Shown piece after piece: positions 16,786 to 27,790 of a stretch of DNA of 37,534 nt. The translations under genes were made by a program, and so were the position numbers. The notes beneath the pieces are model-generated. The model had not been told where the DNA came from. It made no database searches and was given only the letters and a program-made list of their open reading frames with translations. The stretch's first letter is position 1; every line of letters starts with the position of its first letter. The stretch spans positions 1 through 37,534 of IMG/VR virus record IMGVR_UViG_3300012664_000377. One strand, given 5' to 3'. The stretch is from a virus.

Positions 16786-17082
16786 ATGGAAATATTTAAT
16801 AAGCATATATTCGGAAGCGATGCGGATTACTTCAAACAATTAAGCGTAATTGAGCAAGTTGCATGGATTAAAAAACATACAAATCAGCAAAACGATGATT
16901 TAATTAATGAGTTTTTAAGTAACATACCCGAAAATAACGATAAAAATTGTATAGATTGTGGGAATAAGCGCAAAGGAATATCAAAAGAGATTGAATCCAA
17001 TACTGAATCAGTCGGTAATGGAATCGTTAGTACAGAAGATAATATTAAGCGACCAAAAAAATCTAAAAGAAGAAAAGATTAG
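16786..17082 (+). CDS. tail-module protein (98 aa), possible upstream part of a frameshift pair
   Basis: ORF track. Basic C-terminus. An A7 run (17055..17061) lies 8 codons before the stop, inside a 125-nt overlap with the next ORF. Confidence 0.55.
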   Translation: MEIFNKHIFGSDADYFKQLSVIEQVAWIKKHTNQQNDDLINEFLSNIPENNDKNCIDCGNKRKGISKEIESNTESVGNGIVSTEDNIKRPKKSKRRKD

Positions 17083-17416
17083 CGAGTTTGAAAGAGGTTT
17101 GCGACCTGATAACAAACGTATAGGAGGTTATCAAAGTGGCGAATATGCAAACGAAAAAAATCAAATGAATCCTTTAGCTGGTTTTGGTAACGTCGATTTA
17201 ATTTATAGCGGTGCTTTTGTTTCTAAATTATTTGTAAAACCATTAACACAAAACGGATTTATTTTCGATAGTTCAGATAGAAAAACTGGGAGTTTGGTAG
17301 TTAAATATGGTCAAGCTATTATGGGACTAAACCAAGTTTGGTTTGATAAAAGACAAAGCGAAATATACCGATTAGTATTGCAACAACAAATAAAACAAAT
17401 TTATAAAATAGCGTAA
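16958..17416 (+). CDS. tail-module protein. Own start (GTG 16958 or ATG 17018) or a +1/-2 frameshift extension of 16786..17082
   Basis: The frame is open from 16955 and is +1 relative to the upstream ORF. The track start is GTG, and the first ATG is at 17018. Confidence 0.5.
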   Translation: MGISAKEYQKRLNPILNQSVMESLVQKIILSDQKNLKEEKISEFERGLRPDNKRIGGYQSGEYANEKNQMNPLAGFGNVDLIYSGAFVSKLFVKPLTQNGFIFDSSDRKTGSLVVKYGQAIMGLNQVWFDKRQSEIYRLVLQQQIKQIYKIA

Positions 17417-17418
17417 AT

Positions 17419-17655
17419 ATGGATAATGATAAAAACATAAGTGACCTTGACTTTGCACACGAATACTATGAAAAAGTAACAAAGGAATCTAATATAAAAG
17501 TTTGGAGTTATACGTCAGAAAATTTAACTAAAGAACATAATTTTAAATCATTTAGTTTAAACCATTATTGCAGATTATTGGAAATGATTAATAATAAAGA
17601 ATTATTATTTAGCGAAGAATATAAAGAAGAAATTGATAAATTATTAAATGCCTAA
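17419..17655 (+). CDS. hypothetical protein (78 aa), tail assembly chaperone candidate by position
   Basis: One of the two ORFs immediately upstream of the tape-measure gene. Confidence 0.35.
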   Translation: MDNDKNISDLDFAHEYYEKVTKESNIKVWSYTSENLTKEHNFKSFSLNHYCRLLEMINNKELLFSEEYKEEIDKLLNA

Positions 17656-18247
17656 ATACAACGAAATATCAAACATTCCAGCAAAAGTTTTCTTTGAGAT
17701 ATTGAAAACTAAAAACTATCAATTGCTTAAACCAAAACCAAAAGAAAAAGGTTTAGAAGAAATATTCATATCAATTTACGATGAGTTTTTCATTAAATCA
17801 GATAATTTAGAAGCGAAACGATATTTGGAGTTGAATAAGAATATTGCTTTTTTAAATTATAAAATAGCAGTTATTAAGCAAACTTTAGCATTTTTATACT
17901 ATTCAACTACAACTCGACAAATGCGAATTGACTATTTAGAGGCGTTAAAAATAGGGTGCGGAATAGAAATAAATGTTGATGTAGAATTTAGCGATGAGGT
18001 TAAACGTATTTTAACAGAAAATATAGGTTGGATTGAAAATGATTTAGCTTTTGATGAGCAAGAGTTAAAAGAAATGCTTAATAAAAGCCAAAATAAAGAT
18101 TATGATTATTATGATAGTATCGGGGTTTTAAGTAATATTTTACCAAATAACTCACTATTAAAAGAGGATATGAATTTAGCGGTTTATATTACTTTAGAAA
18201 AATTAGCACAAAAAGTACAATCACAACAAAATAAAAAAGTAGCATAA
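17648..18247 (+). CDS. hypothetical protein (199 aa), tail assembly chaperone candidate by position
   Basis: Directly upstream of the tape-measure gene and coupled to it by TAATG. Confidence 0.35.
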   Translation: MPKYNEISNIPAKVFFEILKTKNYQLLKPKPKEKGLEEIFISIYDEFFIKSDNLEAKRYLELNKNIAFLNYKIAVIKQTLAFLYYSTTTRQMRIDYLEALKIGCGIEINVDVEFSDEVKRILTENIGWIENDLAFDEQELKEMLNKSQNKDYDYYDSIGVLSNILPNNSLLKEDMNLAVYITLEKLAQKVQSQQNKKVA

Positions 18248-20943
18248 TGGCAAACGAATTTATAGAGATTCTTTCACCCTCAGCTTTAAAAGATTTACAG
18301 ACTGCAAATAGCGAGGTTTTAACTCTTATCAAAAATATTGATAACGCTGGAAAATCTATGCAAAATATCAAAACTCCAAGCGGTTCAGATAGTGCTATTA
18401 AGGATTTAAACGCTCAATTACTTAAACAACAAGATTTATACGCAAAAGTACAAATACAATTAGAACGTTATGCACAATCGCAAAACAGAACTAAAATAAG
18501 TAATAATGCACTTGAAAAGTCTGAAATAAGTTTAGAGCAATCGAGATTAAGAAATGAAAAGGCTTTAGATAGAGAGATTGCTAAGTTAGAGGCAAGTCAA
18601 CAATTATACAATAAAGTTCAACAAAAGCTAAACGCTTTATCAAATGAGTATAAAAATTTAGCGGTTAAAAAAGAATTAAGCGGTAAATTAACAGATGCAG
18701 AGGCTAAAAGATATGATTTTTTAAGTAGCAAAATAACTAAATATGATGCTACTTTAAAAGCAGTTGATGCTTCTATGGGTAAATACCAACGTAATGTAGG
18801 TAATTATTCAAGCGCTTTCAATCCATTATCCAATTCAATTAACCAGTTAACTCGTGAAATGCCAGCTTTTGCAAATAGCGTACAGACTGGATTTATGGCT
18901 ATTTCAAATAACTTACCTATATTTTTTGATGCAATGCAACAGGCTATTGCGCAACAAAAAGAATTACAAGCACAAGGAGAACCGAGTAAAAATGCTTTAC
19001 AAGTTTTAGCTGGTGGATTCTTTACTTTAGGAACTGCATTATCTGTAGGGGTTACACTTTTAACATTGTTTGGACCAAAAATAATCGATGCTATTTTTAA
19101 TACAGAAAGAAAGAAAAAAGCAGATGAAGAAGCTAAATTAGCTATTGAGGCAAAAGATAAAGCAGAGAAAGATTATATCGATACAATGGTAAAAGCTGGA
19201 AGTGAAGAAATTTCACGTTCACAAATACTATTTGAAAACGCAAAGAACGTTAATATGTCGATGCGTGACAGATTAGATGCTATTAAACAATTAAAAGAGC
19301 GTTATCCTGATTATTTAGGTCATTTAACAAATGAGCAATTTTTATCAGGTAAAACCGCAGATGCTGAAAATAGATTGAATGACGCGTTAATGAAACGAGG
19401 CGTTGCAATTGCTTTACAATCAAAACTAACAGAGCAATATAATAAATTATCAGCAGTTTTAATTAACATATCAGAAACGCAAGCTAAAAGCCAAGAGTTA
19501 ACTAAATCAGATATCGAGTTAGGTAAAAAATTAGGAATTACACAAGCACAACAATTAAAAGACAAAATTTATATTGGAAATTTACAACTTGCACAATTTG
19601 CAAAAGAGAAAAAAGCAATAGAAGACCAAATAGATAGTATATTTAAACTTTTCAATCAATATTCTCCTTTTATAAGTGCAGTTAATGAGAGCACAAGTGC
19701 AAACGATAAAAACACGAAAGCATTAAAAGAAAATAATAAAGAGTTAGAAAAAAAAGGTGAGTTTTTATCAAAAGCATATTTAGAAAATCAAATATCAGAA
19801 CTTGAAAAAGAACTTACCTTAATTAGTAAACTTAATCCTAACTATCAGTTATTTAATACTACTTTAAACCAAACTAAAGCGTTATACGATGCTTTGTATG
19901 GTGATGGTAAAATTAAAAAAGGTCAAGAAGATTTAGTAAAAGGAATTGAACTAACAGATGAAGCGGTTTACGCTGATTATTTTGCGTGGTTAAAATTAAA
20001 AGAAGCTACTGATAGTTATCTTAAAACTATTTCAAGTGATGCGTTTAATAAAGCATTTAATAATATTGGTTTAGCAAGCGCAAAAATGTTCTTTGATTTT
20101 GATAAAGATGGAAAAAGTACTTTTGATAAATTAATGGAAGGTGCGGATAGTTTAAAAGAAAAATTTGCTATTACTTTTCAAGCGGTCGGCGATGTTGCAC
20201 AAGACGTATTTAATAAAATTACAGAACTTTCAAACCAACGTTTTGAAAATGAAAAAATAAATCTACAAAAAGAAAAAGATATAGCTATTTTATTCGCTGG
20301 AGAAAGTGCAAGTGCAAAAGAAGAAATTAATAGACAATATGATGTAAGACAGAGAGAAATAAGAACAAGAGAGGCAAAAGCTAAAAAGCAACAAGCAATA
20401 TTTAATATTCTTATTGACACCGCACAAGGAGTTGTTAGTGCTTTAGCGTCTACACCGCCAAACGTTCCTTTGTCTATTGCAATTGGTGTTATCGGTGCGT
20501 TACAAGCGGGAATAGTAGCATCACAACCAACGCCACAATTTTACAAAGGTACAGACAACGCTCCTGAGGGTTGGGCGTGGACACAAGAAAAAGGCGCAGA
20601 GGTTATTACTGATAAAAACGGAAAACTTAAATCAACTGGAAGTAATAAAGGTGCGCAAATGACTTACTTAAATAAAGGTGATAAGGTATTTACTGCTGAA
20701 AAATCGAAATTAATGTTTGATAATGGTTTAAACAATATACTTTCTTCTAATGGTATTTCAATGCCTAAAATAGAAGTAAATTCACCTAATATCGATGTAA
20801 GCGGAGTTATTAAAGCAATTGAGAATAAACCGAGCGTAATTAACCAAATTGATAAAGGCGGTTTTAGACAATTATTATCTAATGGTCATGGAATTAAAGA
20901 AATCACTAACAGACGTATAAACGGAATAGGACAAAATGTATAA
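18247..20943 (+). CDS. tail tape measure protein
   Basis: 898 aa with long Q/K/E/L-rich coiled-coil stretches and an internal hydrophobic segment (ALQVLAGGFFTLGTALSVGVTLLTLFGP). Canonical position in the tail module. Confidence 0.85.
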   Translation: MANEFIEILSPSALKDLQTANSEVLTLIKNIDNAGKSMQNIKTPSGSDSAIKDLNAQLLKQQDLYAKVQIQLERYAQSQNRTKISNNALEKSEISLEQSRLRNEKALDREIAKLEASQQLYNKVQQKLNALSNEYKNLAVKKELSGKLTDAEAKRYDFLSSKITKYDATLKAVDASMGKYQRNVGNYSSAFNPLSNSINQLTREMPAFANSVQTGFMAISNNLPIFFDAMQQAIAQQKELQAQGEPSKNALQVLAGGFFTLGTALSVGVTLLTLFGPKIIDAIFNTERKKKADEEAKLAIEAKDKAEKDYIDTMVKAGSEEISRSQILFENAKNVNMSMRDRLDAIKQLKERYPDYLGHLTNEQFLSGKTADAENRLNDALMKRGVAIALQSKLTEQYNKLSAVLINISETQAKSQELTKSDIELGKKLGITQAQQLKDKIYIGNLQLAQFAKEKKAIEDQIDSIFKLFNQYSPFISAVNESTSANDKNTKALKENNKELEKKGEFLSKAYLENQISELEKELTLISKLNPNYQLFNTTLNQTKALYDALYGDGKIKKGQEDLVKGIELTDEAVYADYFAWLKLKEATDSYLKTISSDAFNKAFNNIGLASAKMFFDFDKDGKSTFDKLMEGADSLKEKFAITFQAVGDVAQDVFNKITELSNQRFENEKINLQKEKDIAILFAGESASAKEEINRQYDVRQREIRTREAKAKKQQAIFNILIDTAQGVVSALASTPPNVPLSIAIGVIGALQAGIVASQPTPQFYKGTDNAPEGWAWTQEKGAEVITDKNGKLKSTGSNKGAQMTYLNKGDKVFTAEKSKLMFDNGLNNILSSNGISMPKIEVNSPNIDVSGVIKAIENKPSVINQIDKGGFRQLLSNGHGIKEITNRRINGIGQNV

Positions 20944-23665
20944 ACACGAATTAGAAATAGTTGGAATTGGTGCGCCTTTAATGTACGAGATTAGCGAGCC
21001 TATCGGATTTGATGGTTTACAATTTGAAACAGAACAAGAAAGTAAACGTTTTGCACGTTCTATTAATTTCGGTGCATTAGATAAAATTGAATTTGTTAAT
21101 GCAGTTGGAAATTTAGCAACTACACCACAAGTAAAAAATCAATTTGGCGATGTATCAGAATATTTAGATTATGGTTTAGAATGGCTTTTATACGGATTAG
21201 AGCAAAGAGGTTTTGAATTAGAAGCCTATTATCATTTATCAAAAGATGGTGTTTATTTTCCAAAAATGCAATTAGATTTTAGCGAAAAAGATATAACTGA
21301 TGGTAAAACCTATGTTAGTTGTAAACTTATCGATATAGGTGTTATAATGGATTACAAACGTCAAGGAACTGAAATCTTTAACGCATTTAGCGACAAAGAT
21401 TTTAAAGGCAATACCATTACACCATTGCCTACTTTTAACTATTTAAGACGTGCTACACCAGTAACACAAATAAGTAAGTTTAGAGGTAATAACTCGCCAG
21501 TAACTGCACAAGCCTATGAAACATCGAGAAGTATTGAGGGATTTAATCTATTAGCTAATAATTCAAATGTAGTTGAGCAATACGGAATAGATAATACTTT
21601 ATCGTTCTTAAGTCCAACTTTTACTAAAGGTTTAGCGTTTGATAATAATGGAGTTTTACAACCGATACCAGTAGATAGCGGTTCTTTTCAATTTTTAGAA
21701 GCAAAAAACGACTTATCAAATTTAACTTTTAATTTTTCTAATATAGTAGCGCAAGTAAGAGCGGTTAAATCTGATTTTTTCGGAACAACTGTTGTTACTG
21801 CAATTGGGAAAGCACGTTTATTAATGATAATAGGGGGTGTTGATTTAGCAACAGAGGGTTTTGACACTTATGAGTTATGGAGTAAAGATTATGCAGATAT
21901 TACAGGTTTTAATTCCGTTTATACAAGTGTTCCAAGTTCTTTAAATATTTCAATTCCTTTTATTGAAAGAAGTAAAAGGGTTTATATTTTCTTTGCAAAT
22001 GATTGTACTGCCACTTTTAGTAATACTGACCATTCATTAGCTAATGCAAGAGTTGAAACTTTAATAAATGGAATGACTATTGAAATAACCGCAACATCAA
22101 CTGCTATTGATTCAGTTATTAAGGCGGTTAATTGGATTGACTTAATTAAACAAAGTTCAAAGTATATTAGTAATTTATCGATTGATGCACCTAAATTCGA
22201 TGTAGGTGGTGAACATTATAATAACGTAGTTTTCAATCGTCGAATGGTATCACAAAAAACTGACTATTTTAATGTCAAACCAAATGATGTTTTTGGAAGT
22301 GTTGAGGAGGTTTGCGCTGATTATGAAATTAATCGTAATGAAATATTTATCGATAGTTATGATAAGTATTATACCAATAGCGAAATTGGAGTTTTTCAAA
22401 TAATCCCAAGTAAAGATTATCAAAGATATTACAACGACAGAGCGATGTTAAAATCGTTTAAATATGGTTATAAAACGTATGAGCAAGAACGTACTGCAGT
22501 AGGTACAAGTAACTCCATTAGTACAGAAAGCGAATGGTTACTACCTAATTTATTAGCTGATAATACAAAAGAAATTAATAATAATTTTGTACGTGATGCT
22601 TACGCTATACAATCGATAATAGATTTAGAAATTAAACAACCTACAACATCGACAAATGAAGACGATAAGGTTTATATTGAGGAATATGTAGCGTTGCAAC
22701 CTAATAGTTTTGGAACTTTCGGAGCAAGATTGTTAATGCGTTTAAATGGTAGTAATTTAGAAATACTAAACCGAGATAGCAATGGTGATAGCGGAAGCGT
22801 TGTGATTAATTGGGCTATTTTAGGTTTTAATGTAGGTGATAACTTTGAAATAACAAGCGGTGTAAATGTTGGTAATTATAGTGTTTTAGCTATTACAAAT
22901 AGTGTATTAACTTTGCAACCGATAGGTTTTACACCATTGTTTTCAGGTGATGGATATATTAAAGTTAAATACTTCTACTCAAATGTAGCATATCAAACCA
23001 GATTAACACAAGGTGTTATTTTACCAATTAATAACACGCTTTCAAGTATAAACTACTCAATCAAACGAAATATTTTACGTTGGGGTTCGTGGATAGCTAC
23101 TGCAATGCTATATAATAAAACAATATTAAAAAATACATTCTTTAAAAATAATGGAGCTTTCACAAGTCAATTAGTTGGAGAAAATGCACCGATAACAGAA
23201 AACGCAAACGTAAATTATACCGATTTAGACGAGCCAATTATTAACGCAAACGTTCATAATTTAAGTTTAGTAGCAAGTTATGAAAGCGTTGTTGATTATA
23301 TGAACGCTTACGCTAACGACAGAGGATTTGTACGTTGTTATGATATGCAAGGAAATATAATCAAAGGCTACATTCAAAAAAACGCTTATAATCCATTTAC
23401 AAAAGAATTTAACGTAACATTAGAAGAAAAATATTATACGCCTTATTTGACTTTAACTTTTGCAAATGGAATACTAAATGTCGACGGAACTGATTACGAT
23501 TTAGGGGGTGTTGCTAATTGGTGGATATTTGAAAACGACTTTTTTAAAGTATATGATAAAAATTCTATTGCTATTTGTAATGATTATAAATATAATTTCG
23601 TAATTTTGAACGGAACAAGTTATACAACAAAGTTAGATTTACAAAATGCCTTAATAGCATTATAA
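20936..23665 (+). CDS. distal tail / baseplate hub protein (909 aa)
   Basis: Large ORF directly after the tape-measure gene. Called on synteny only. Confidence 0.5.
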   Translation: MYKHELEIVGIGAPLMYEISEPIGFDGLQFETEQESKRFARSINFGALDKIEFVNAVGNLATTPQVKNQFGDVSEYLDYGLEWLLYGLEQRGFELEAYYHLSKDGVYFPKMQLDFSEKDITDGKTYVSCKLIDIGVIMDYKRQGTEIFNAFSDKDFKGNTITPLPTFNYLRRATPVTQISKFRGNNSPVTAQAYETSRSIEGFNLLANNSNVVEQYGIDNTLSFLSPTFTKGLAFDNNGVLQPIPVDSGSFQFLEAKNDLSNLTFNFSNIVAQVRAVKSDFFGTTVVTAIGKARLLMIIGGVDLATEGFDTYELWSKDYADITGFNSVYTSVPSSLNISIPFIERSKRVYIFFANDCTATFSNTDHSLANARVETLINGMTIEITATSTAIDSVIKAVNWIDLIKQSSKYISNLSIDAPKFDVGGEHYNNVVFNRRMVSQKTDYFNVKPNDVFGSVEEVCADYEINRNEIFIDSYDKYYTNSEIGVFQIIPSKDYQRYYNDRAMLKSFKYGYKTYEQERTAVGTSNSISTESEWLLPNLLADNTKEINNNFVRDAYAIQSIIDLEIKQPTTSTNEDDKVYIEEYVALQPNSFGTFGARLLMRLNGSNLEILNRDSNGDSGSVVINWAILGFNVGDNFEITSGVNVGNYSVLAITNSVLTLQPIGFTPLFSGDGYIKVKYFYSNVAYQTRLTQGVILPINNTLSSINYSIKRNILRWGSWIATAMLYNKTILKNTFFKNNGAFTSQLVGENAPITENANVNYTDLDEPIINANVHNLSLVASYESVVDYMNAYANDRGFVRCYDMQGNIIKGYIQKNAYNPFTKEFNVTLEEKYYTPYLTLTFANGILNVDGTDYDLGGVANWWIFENDFFKVYDKNSIAICNDYKYNFVILNGTSYTTKLDLQNALIAL

Positions 23666-23666
23666 T

Positions 23667-24770
23667 ATGAATATAGACAAAAGTTTTATTAAACTTTACT
23701 TAAACGACTTCGTAAAGGCAAAGAGTGGTGGCAATCCAAATATCACTACTCTACTTTACGATGGTTTTATAGTTCAATTACCTAACGAAACTTTTGTACA
23801 AGAAACCAATAGCGATGTTTATATAGCTTTCGCTGGCGGTATTCAAATCGATTTAATTAATGGTTGTGGCAATGTTGTTAAAAACATTGACAATAACTTT
23901 GCTTATACATCATTTATAAATAGTCAAGGAATTGAACAAATAAGATTTGAATTTGGTTTAATAAACGATAACTTTTATACTACACCATTATATTTGAAGA
24001 TTACTGATTTAATTAATGGTAACATTTACTATTCAAATAGTTTTTTGGTAACTGATTATTATAGCAAAACTACAACAAGAGTAGACTATTTTAATAATGG
24101 CGATGTAGTTAAAAAATCTATTCGTTTAAACAACTGCTATTATCACACACCACAAAATAAACTTGACTTAAAAAGCTATACAACTACTCAAGGCTTTCAA
24201 ACAACATACCAAAATACACCGACTTATTTACAAAAATATTTGATTGATAGGTTAGATTTTTTAGTAAATGATAGTGTTACCGATATGTTATGTAACGAAA
24301 TAGTTTATATTAATAATGTACGTTCAACTATTTCAGAATACAAAGCAGATGAACGTATTGGAACTACTAATTTCTTAAGTGCTGAATTTTTAGTAAATCC
24401 TTTAAACCAATTAAAGAATTGGAATTTACAAATATTACCAACATTTACGTTAGTTTCTTCTATTCCAGTTAACACAAGTATATCAACTACTTTTAACGGA
24501 TTAGTTTCGTTTACTTTTAATAAAAATGTAAGTACTACAACGTCGGTTAAATTATACAACGGAACTACTTTAGTAGCAACTGAAATAGGTACTATTACAA
24601 ACAATGTTATTGATGTAGATTTTAGTGCATATACTTTCGTAAATGGTAATTACACGTTAATAATTGATTTAGTAACAAGTAATTCAGAAAGCACAAATGT
24701 TAATACAACTTTTGAAATAGCAACGGGACAATACAATAGTTCTCAATATAGTAATGATTATTTAATTTAA
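23667..24770 (+). CDS. tail/baseplate structural protein (367 aa)
   Basis: Position in the tail module. N/T/S-rich, beta-type composition. Confidence 0.45.
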   Translation: MNIDKSFIKLYLNDFVKAKSGGNPNITTLLYDGFIVQLPNETFVQETNSDVYIAFAGGIQIDLINGCGNVVKNIDNNFAYTSFINSQGIEQIRFEFGLINDNFYTTPLYLKITDLINGNIYYSNSFLVTDYYSKTTTRVDYFNNGDVVKKSIRLNNCYYHTPQNKLDLKSYTTTQGFQTTYQNTPTYLQKYLIDRLDFLVNDSVTDMLCNEIVYINNVRSTISEYKADERIGTTNFLSAEFLVNPLNQLKNWNLQILPTFTLVSSIPVNTSISTTFNGLVSFTFNKNVSTTTSVKLYNGTTLVATEIGTITNNVIDVDFSAYTFVNGNYTLIIDLVTSNSESTNVNTTFEIATGQYNSSQYSNDYLI

Positions 24771-24774
24771 AAAT

Positions 24775-25215
24775 ATGGCAACAACTAAAGCAAGTTTAAT
24801 TTCAACAATAAATGGTTTTATAACCGCAGTTATTGACGTTACAAAACATCGTAATTCGATGTTGGAACTTATAAATACATTCTTTTCAACAACAATAACA
24901 AAAAGCAATACTGCTGGAGCAAATCAATTTACATATAACCTTAAATTCAACAAAAAAGGTAATATGGTACATTGTAGCGGTTTTGTTAAAAATGACTATT
25001 CAATAATCAAAGGTAACGAGAATATATTTGTGCAAACAGATACAGAGTTATACGCAAAAACAGGTCAAGATACAACCGCTTACGGAATGAACTCAACATC
25101 ATTATCGAGTCAGAGTACAATGCTTATTTTTAACAACGCAAATATATATCTAAACGGAGCGTTCCAAGTAGGAGCAATTATTTATATTAACGCATCATAC
25201 CAAGTAAACGACTAA
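24775..25215 (+). CDS. tail structural protein (146 aa)
   Basis: Position only. Confidence 0.4.
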   Translation: MATTKASLISTINGFITAVIDVTKHRNSMLELINTFFSTTITKSNTAGANQFTYNLKFNKKGNMVHCSGFVKNDYSIIKGNENIFVQTDTELYAKTGQDTTAYGMNSTSLSSQSTMLIFNNANIYLNGAFQVGAIIYINASYQVND

Positions 25216-25218
25216 ATT

Positions 25219-26220
25219 ATGGCACAAAATTTAATATATCTTCAAGGGAACTTACATATATCAGATAACTTACTTCCAAAAGAGTATAGTTTTGATGTAA
25301 ATGGTAATTTCACAACTGCTGGTGGTAGTGGTGGCGTTTCTTACAATACAACTCGATATGCTGGTGAAAGAAGTTTATCTATTTTAAATACTGATTATCA
25401 AAATACTGATTATAGCTTTTGGATAACAGACAAAGAGATAGTTCCTTTAGTAAATGGTAAAGTTATATTTTCATTATTTGTAAATAGCGACAATACAGAA
25501 AATACAAATTGTGCTATTGAAATGTATTTCGGTGGCGTTTTAGCTGAAACTTATAATTTCACTATTGATGTAGTAGGACAACCATATACCGCAACAGATA
25601 AATGGAAAAGATTTGGTCAAACATTTTCAACTTATGTAGGTCAAGATGTTACTTTTAAATTTATCTTAAAACATAATAGTTCAAGTGCTTTTACAGAAAG
25701 AGAGTTATTAATTGATGGTTTAAAGTTAGAACAAGACAATAAAGGAGTTGGATTACCTACTGCTTATATACAACCTACATTAAACTATTTCGAGTGGCAA
25801 AGTAGAGTTGACACAACAAATACACAATCGTTAACCGCAAATACTGATAATGCTTTTGGATTTGCTGGTACTTCTGAAAAAAACAACGACTTTGAAATAT
25901 TAGATGATACAGGACTTGTAACACCTTTGAAAGAAAAAGATGTAATTACTATTGACTATTCTTTTATATTAGTTACACCGAGCGGAACAGACAGATTTAT
26001 AGACGTTCATTTAATTTGCGATGGTGTTACTTATCGAGGTTGTACATATTCACTAATAAGAGGAAGTGGCAATAATCAACATATAAGTGGCTCTTTTACT
26101 TTACCAATTGGAGCAACTTTTTTAACAAGTGGAGCGAGATTATATCTAAATCCAAACTCGGCTTGTAATATTAATAGTAGATATATTTCAGTAGTTGAAC
26201 ATTCAAACCCAATATTATAA
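25219..26220 (+). CDS. tail fibre / receptor-binding candidate (333 aa)
   Basis: Position in the tail module. The N-terminal half resembles a jelly-roll carbohydrate-binding module (..FKFILKH..LLIDGLKLEQ), judged by eye. Confidence 0.4.
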   Translation: MAQNLIYLQGNLHISDNLLPKEYSFDVNGNFTTAGGSGGVSYNTTRYAGERSLSILNTDYQNTDYSFWITDKEIVPLVNGKVIFSLFVNSDNTENTNCAIEMYFGGVLAETYNFTIDVVGQPYTATDKWKRFGQTFSTYVGQDVTFKFILKHNSSSAFTERELLIDGLKLEQDNKGVGLPTAYIQPTLNYFEWQSRVDTTNTQSLTANTDNAFGFAGTSEKNNDFEILDDTGLVTPLKEKDVITIDYSFILVTPSGTDRFIDVHLICDGVTYRGCTYSLIRGSGNNQHISGSFTLPIGATFLTSGARLYLNPNSACNINSRYISVVEHSNPIL

Positions 26221-27638
26221 TGTTTAAAATAATAAAAAAAGGTAGTAATAATTTTTGGCACGTTTTTAACGATGGCGCTAAAAATGTTTCTATTAGTGAT
26301 TTTGAAGTAGTTTTAGACGATGTTTTAAACACATTTGTAATAGTATTACGAAATGGTGCAAACATTCCTCAAATAGCGTTAAGCGTTTTAGATATTATTG
26401 TAATTGACGAAACCGCTTCAAGTGTTGAAGAAACATTTTTAACCGCTTCACAATTAAGAGCGAGATTAGTTGTTTTAGGTTATACTGCTTATTTAGGAGC
26501 TGGAAATGCAGATAGTATTACGGGTTTAATTTCAGATGGTACAAACGTTACAATAACTGGAAGCGGAACTTTAGCAGACCCTTATGTAATTAGTTCGAGT
26601 GGCGGAAGCGGAACAACCCCAACACTTCAAGAAGTGACAACAGAGGGGAATTATACTCCTATTGATATTCAAATAGATTACGGAAATGGAGCTTCTTTAA
26701 AATTTGTAGATGGTCAAGATAATGTGTTGTCAACAATTTCAGCTAATGGAGGATTATTTATATTTAATGACGAAAGTACAGGTAATAGTTTTACAACTGA
26801 TAGTAGTGAATTATCAGGTGGAGATAAAATATTAGCTACTCGTGAATGGACTACTGACCAAATCCCAACAACACCAGACGAAGTAGGTGCTTTAGCAATA
26901 GACGGAAGTAATGCTAATGTTGATGTTGATTTAAGTGCTTTCGGTATTAGAGCTGGCGAGGTAGTTACTCAAACCAATGGTACTACAAAGAAAATGACTT
27001 TAAAGTCAACTAATGTTAACACCGACCACACCGCAGAATGGCAAGATAAAGACTACACCGCTATTGCAGACGTATCTGATATTACAGACGCTTTAGCTAC
27101 TTTTAAAACGGATGAGTTTTTAGATGCTACAAGTTCAATTCAAACTCAATTAGATAGTAAACAATCTTTACTAACTTATATACCTTATAAGTTTGTTCAA
27201 ACATCACAAACGGCACACACTGGGACAACCGCAAAAACAATTGTAGCAACCGCAACAATAACGGCAAATAGTTTTAGTGTTTCAGATGTTGCAAAAGCTA
27301 TTTTTGGAATTAATAAACCAGCAACCACAAGTGCTTACACTATAAGATTAGATATTAACACCTCTAATACTTTGTCAGGTGCTACAACAATTGCGACTTT
27401 TACGGGTTCGGCAACTGCACAAGTAGCCGTAATGACACGTAAATATTCATTATTCGGTGGCGATTTGTATGGTTATCCTTTTACAACCTCGCAACTTTCA
27501 GATTCCGCAGCATTATTGGCAGGAACTTTAGGAAGTACTGCTTTTGATACTACAAATACAATTTATATGTTTTGGACCATTCAATTAGTCAATTCAGCAG
27601 ATAGCGTAACACCAAATTTAGCAACATTATCAAATTAA
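26220..27638 (+). CDS. tail fibre protein (472 aa)
   Basis: SITGLISDGTNVTITGSGTLADPYVISSSGGSG is a motif typical of phage fibre shafts. T/S/A-rich. It is the last large structural gene. Confidence 0.6.
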   Translation: MFKIIKKGSNNFWHVFNDGAKNVSISDFEVVLDDVLNTFVIVLRNGANIPQIALSVLDIIVIDETASSVEETFLTASQLRARLVVLGYTAYLGAGNADSITGLISDGTNVTITGSGTLADPYVISSSGGSGTTPTLQEVTTEGNYTPIDIQIDYGNGASLKFVDGQDNVLSTISANGGLFIFNDESTGNSFTTDSSELSGGDKILATREWTTDQIPTTPDEVGALAIDGSNANVDVDLSAFGIRAGEVVTQTNGTTKKMTLKSTNVNTDHTAEWQDKDYTAIADVSDITDALATFKTDEFLDATSSIQTQLDSKQSLLTYIPYKFVQTSQTAHTGTTAKTIVATATITANSFSVSDVAKAIFGINKPATTSAYTIRLDINTSNTLSGATTIATFTGSATAQVAVMTRKYSLFGGDLYGYPFTTSQLSDSAALLAGTLGSTAFDTTNTIYMFWTIQLVNSADSVTPNLATLSN

Positions 27639-27640
27639 TT

Positions 27641-27790
27641 ATGATAACAATAGTAGACAAAAACACAGAAGAAGTTCTTTACTCAACACATTTTGAAGTT
27701 GAGCTTTTAGAAAATGAAATTGCAGTCGATGGATTAAGTGGCGACTTTACGCATTACAATTTAGTAACCAAAGAATTTTATAATAAATGA
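27641..27790 (+). CDS. hypothetical small protein (49 aa)
   Basis: Hand-translated. Overlaps the next gene by ATGA. Confidence 0.4.
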   Translation: MITIVDKNTEEVLYSTHFEVELLENEIAVDGLSGDFTHYNLVTKEFYNK

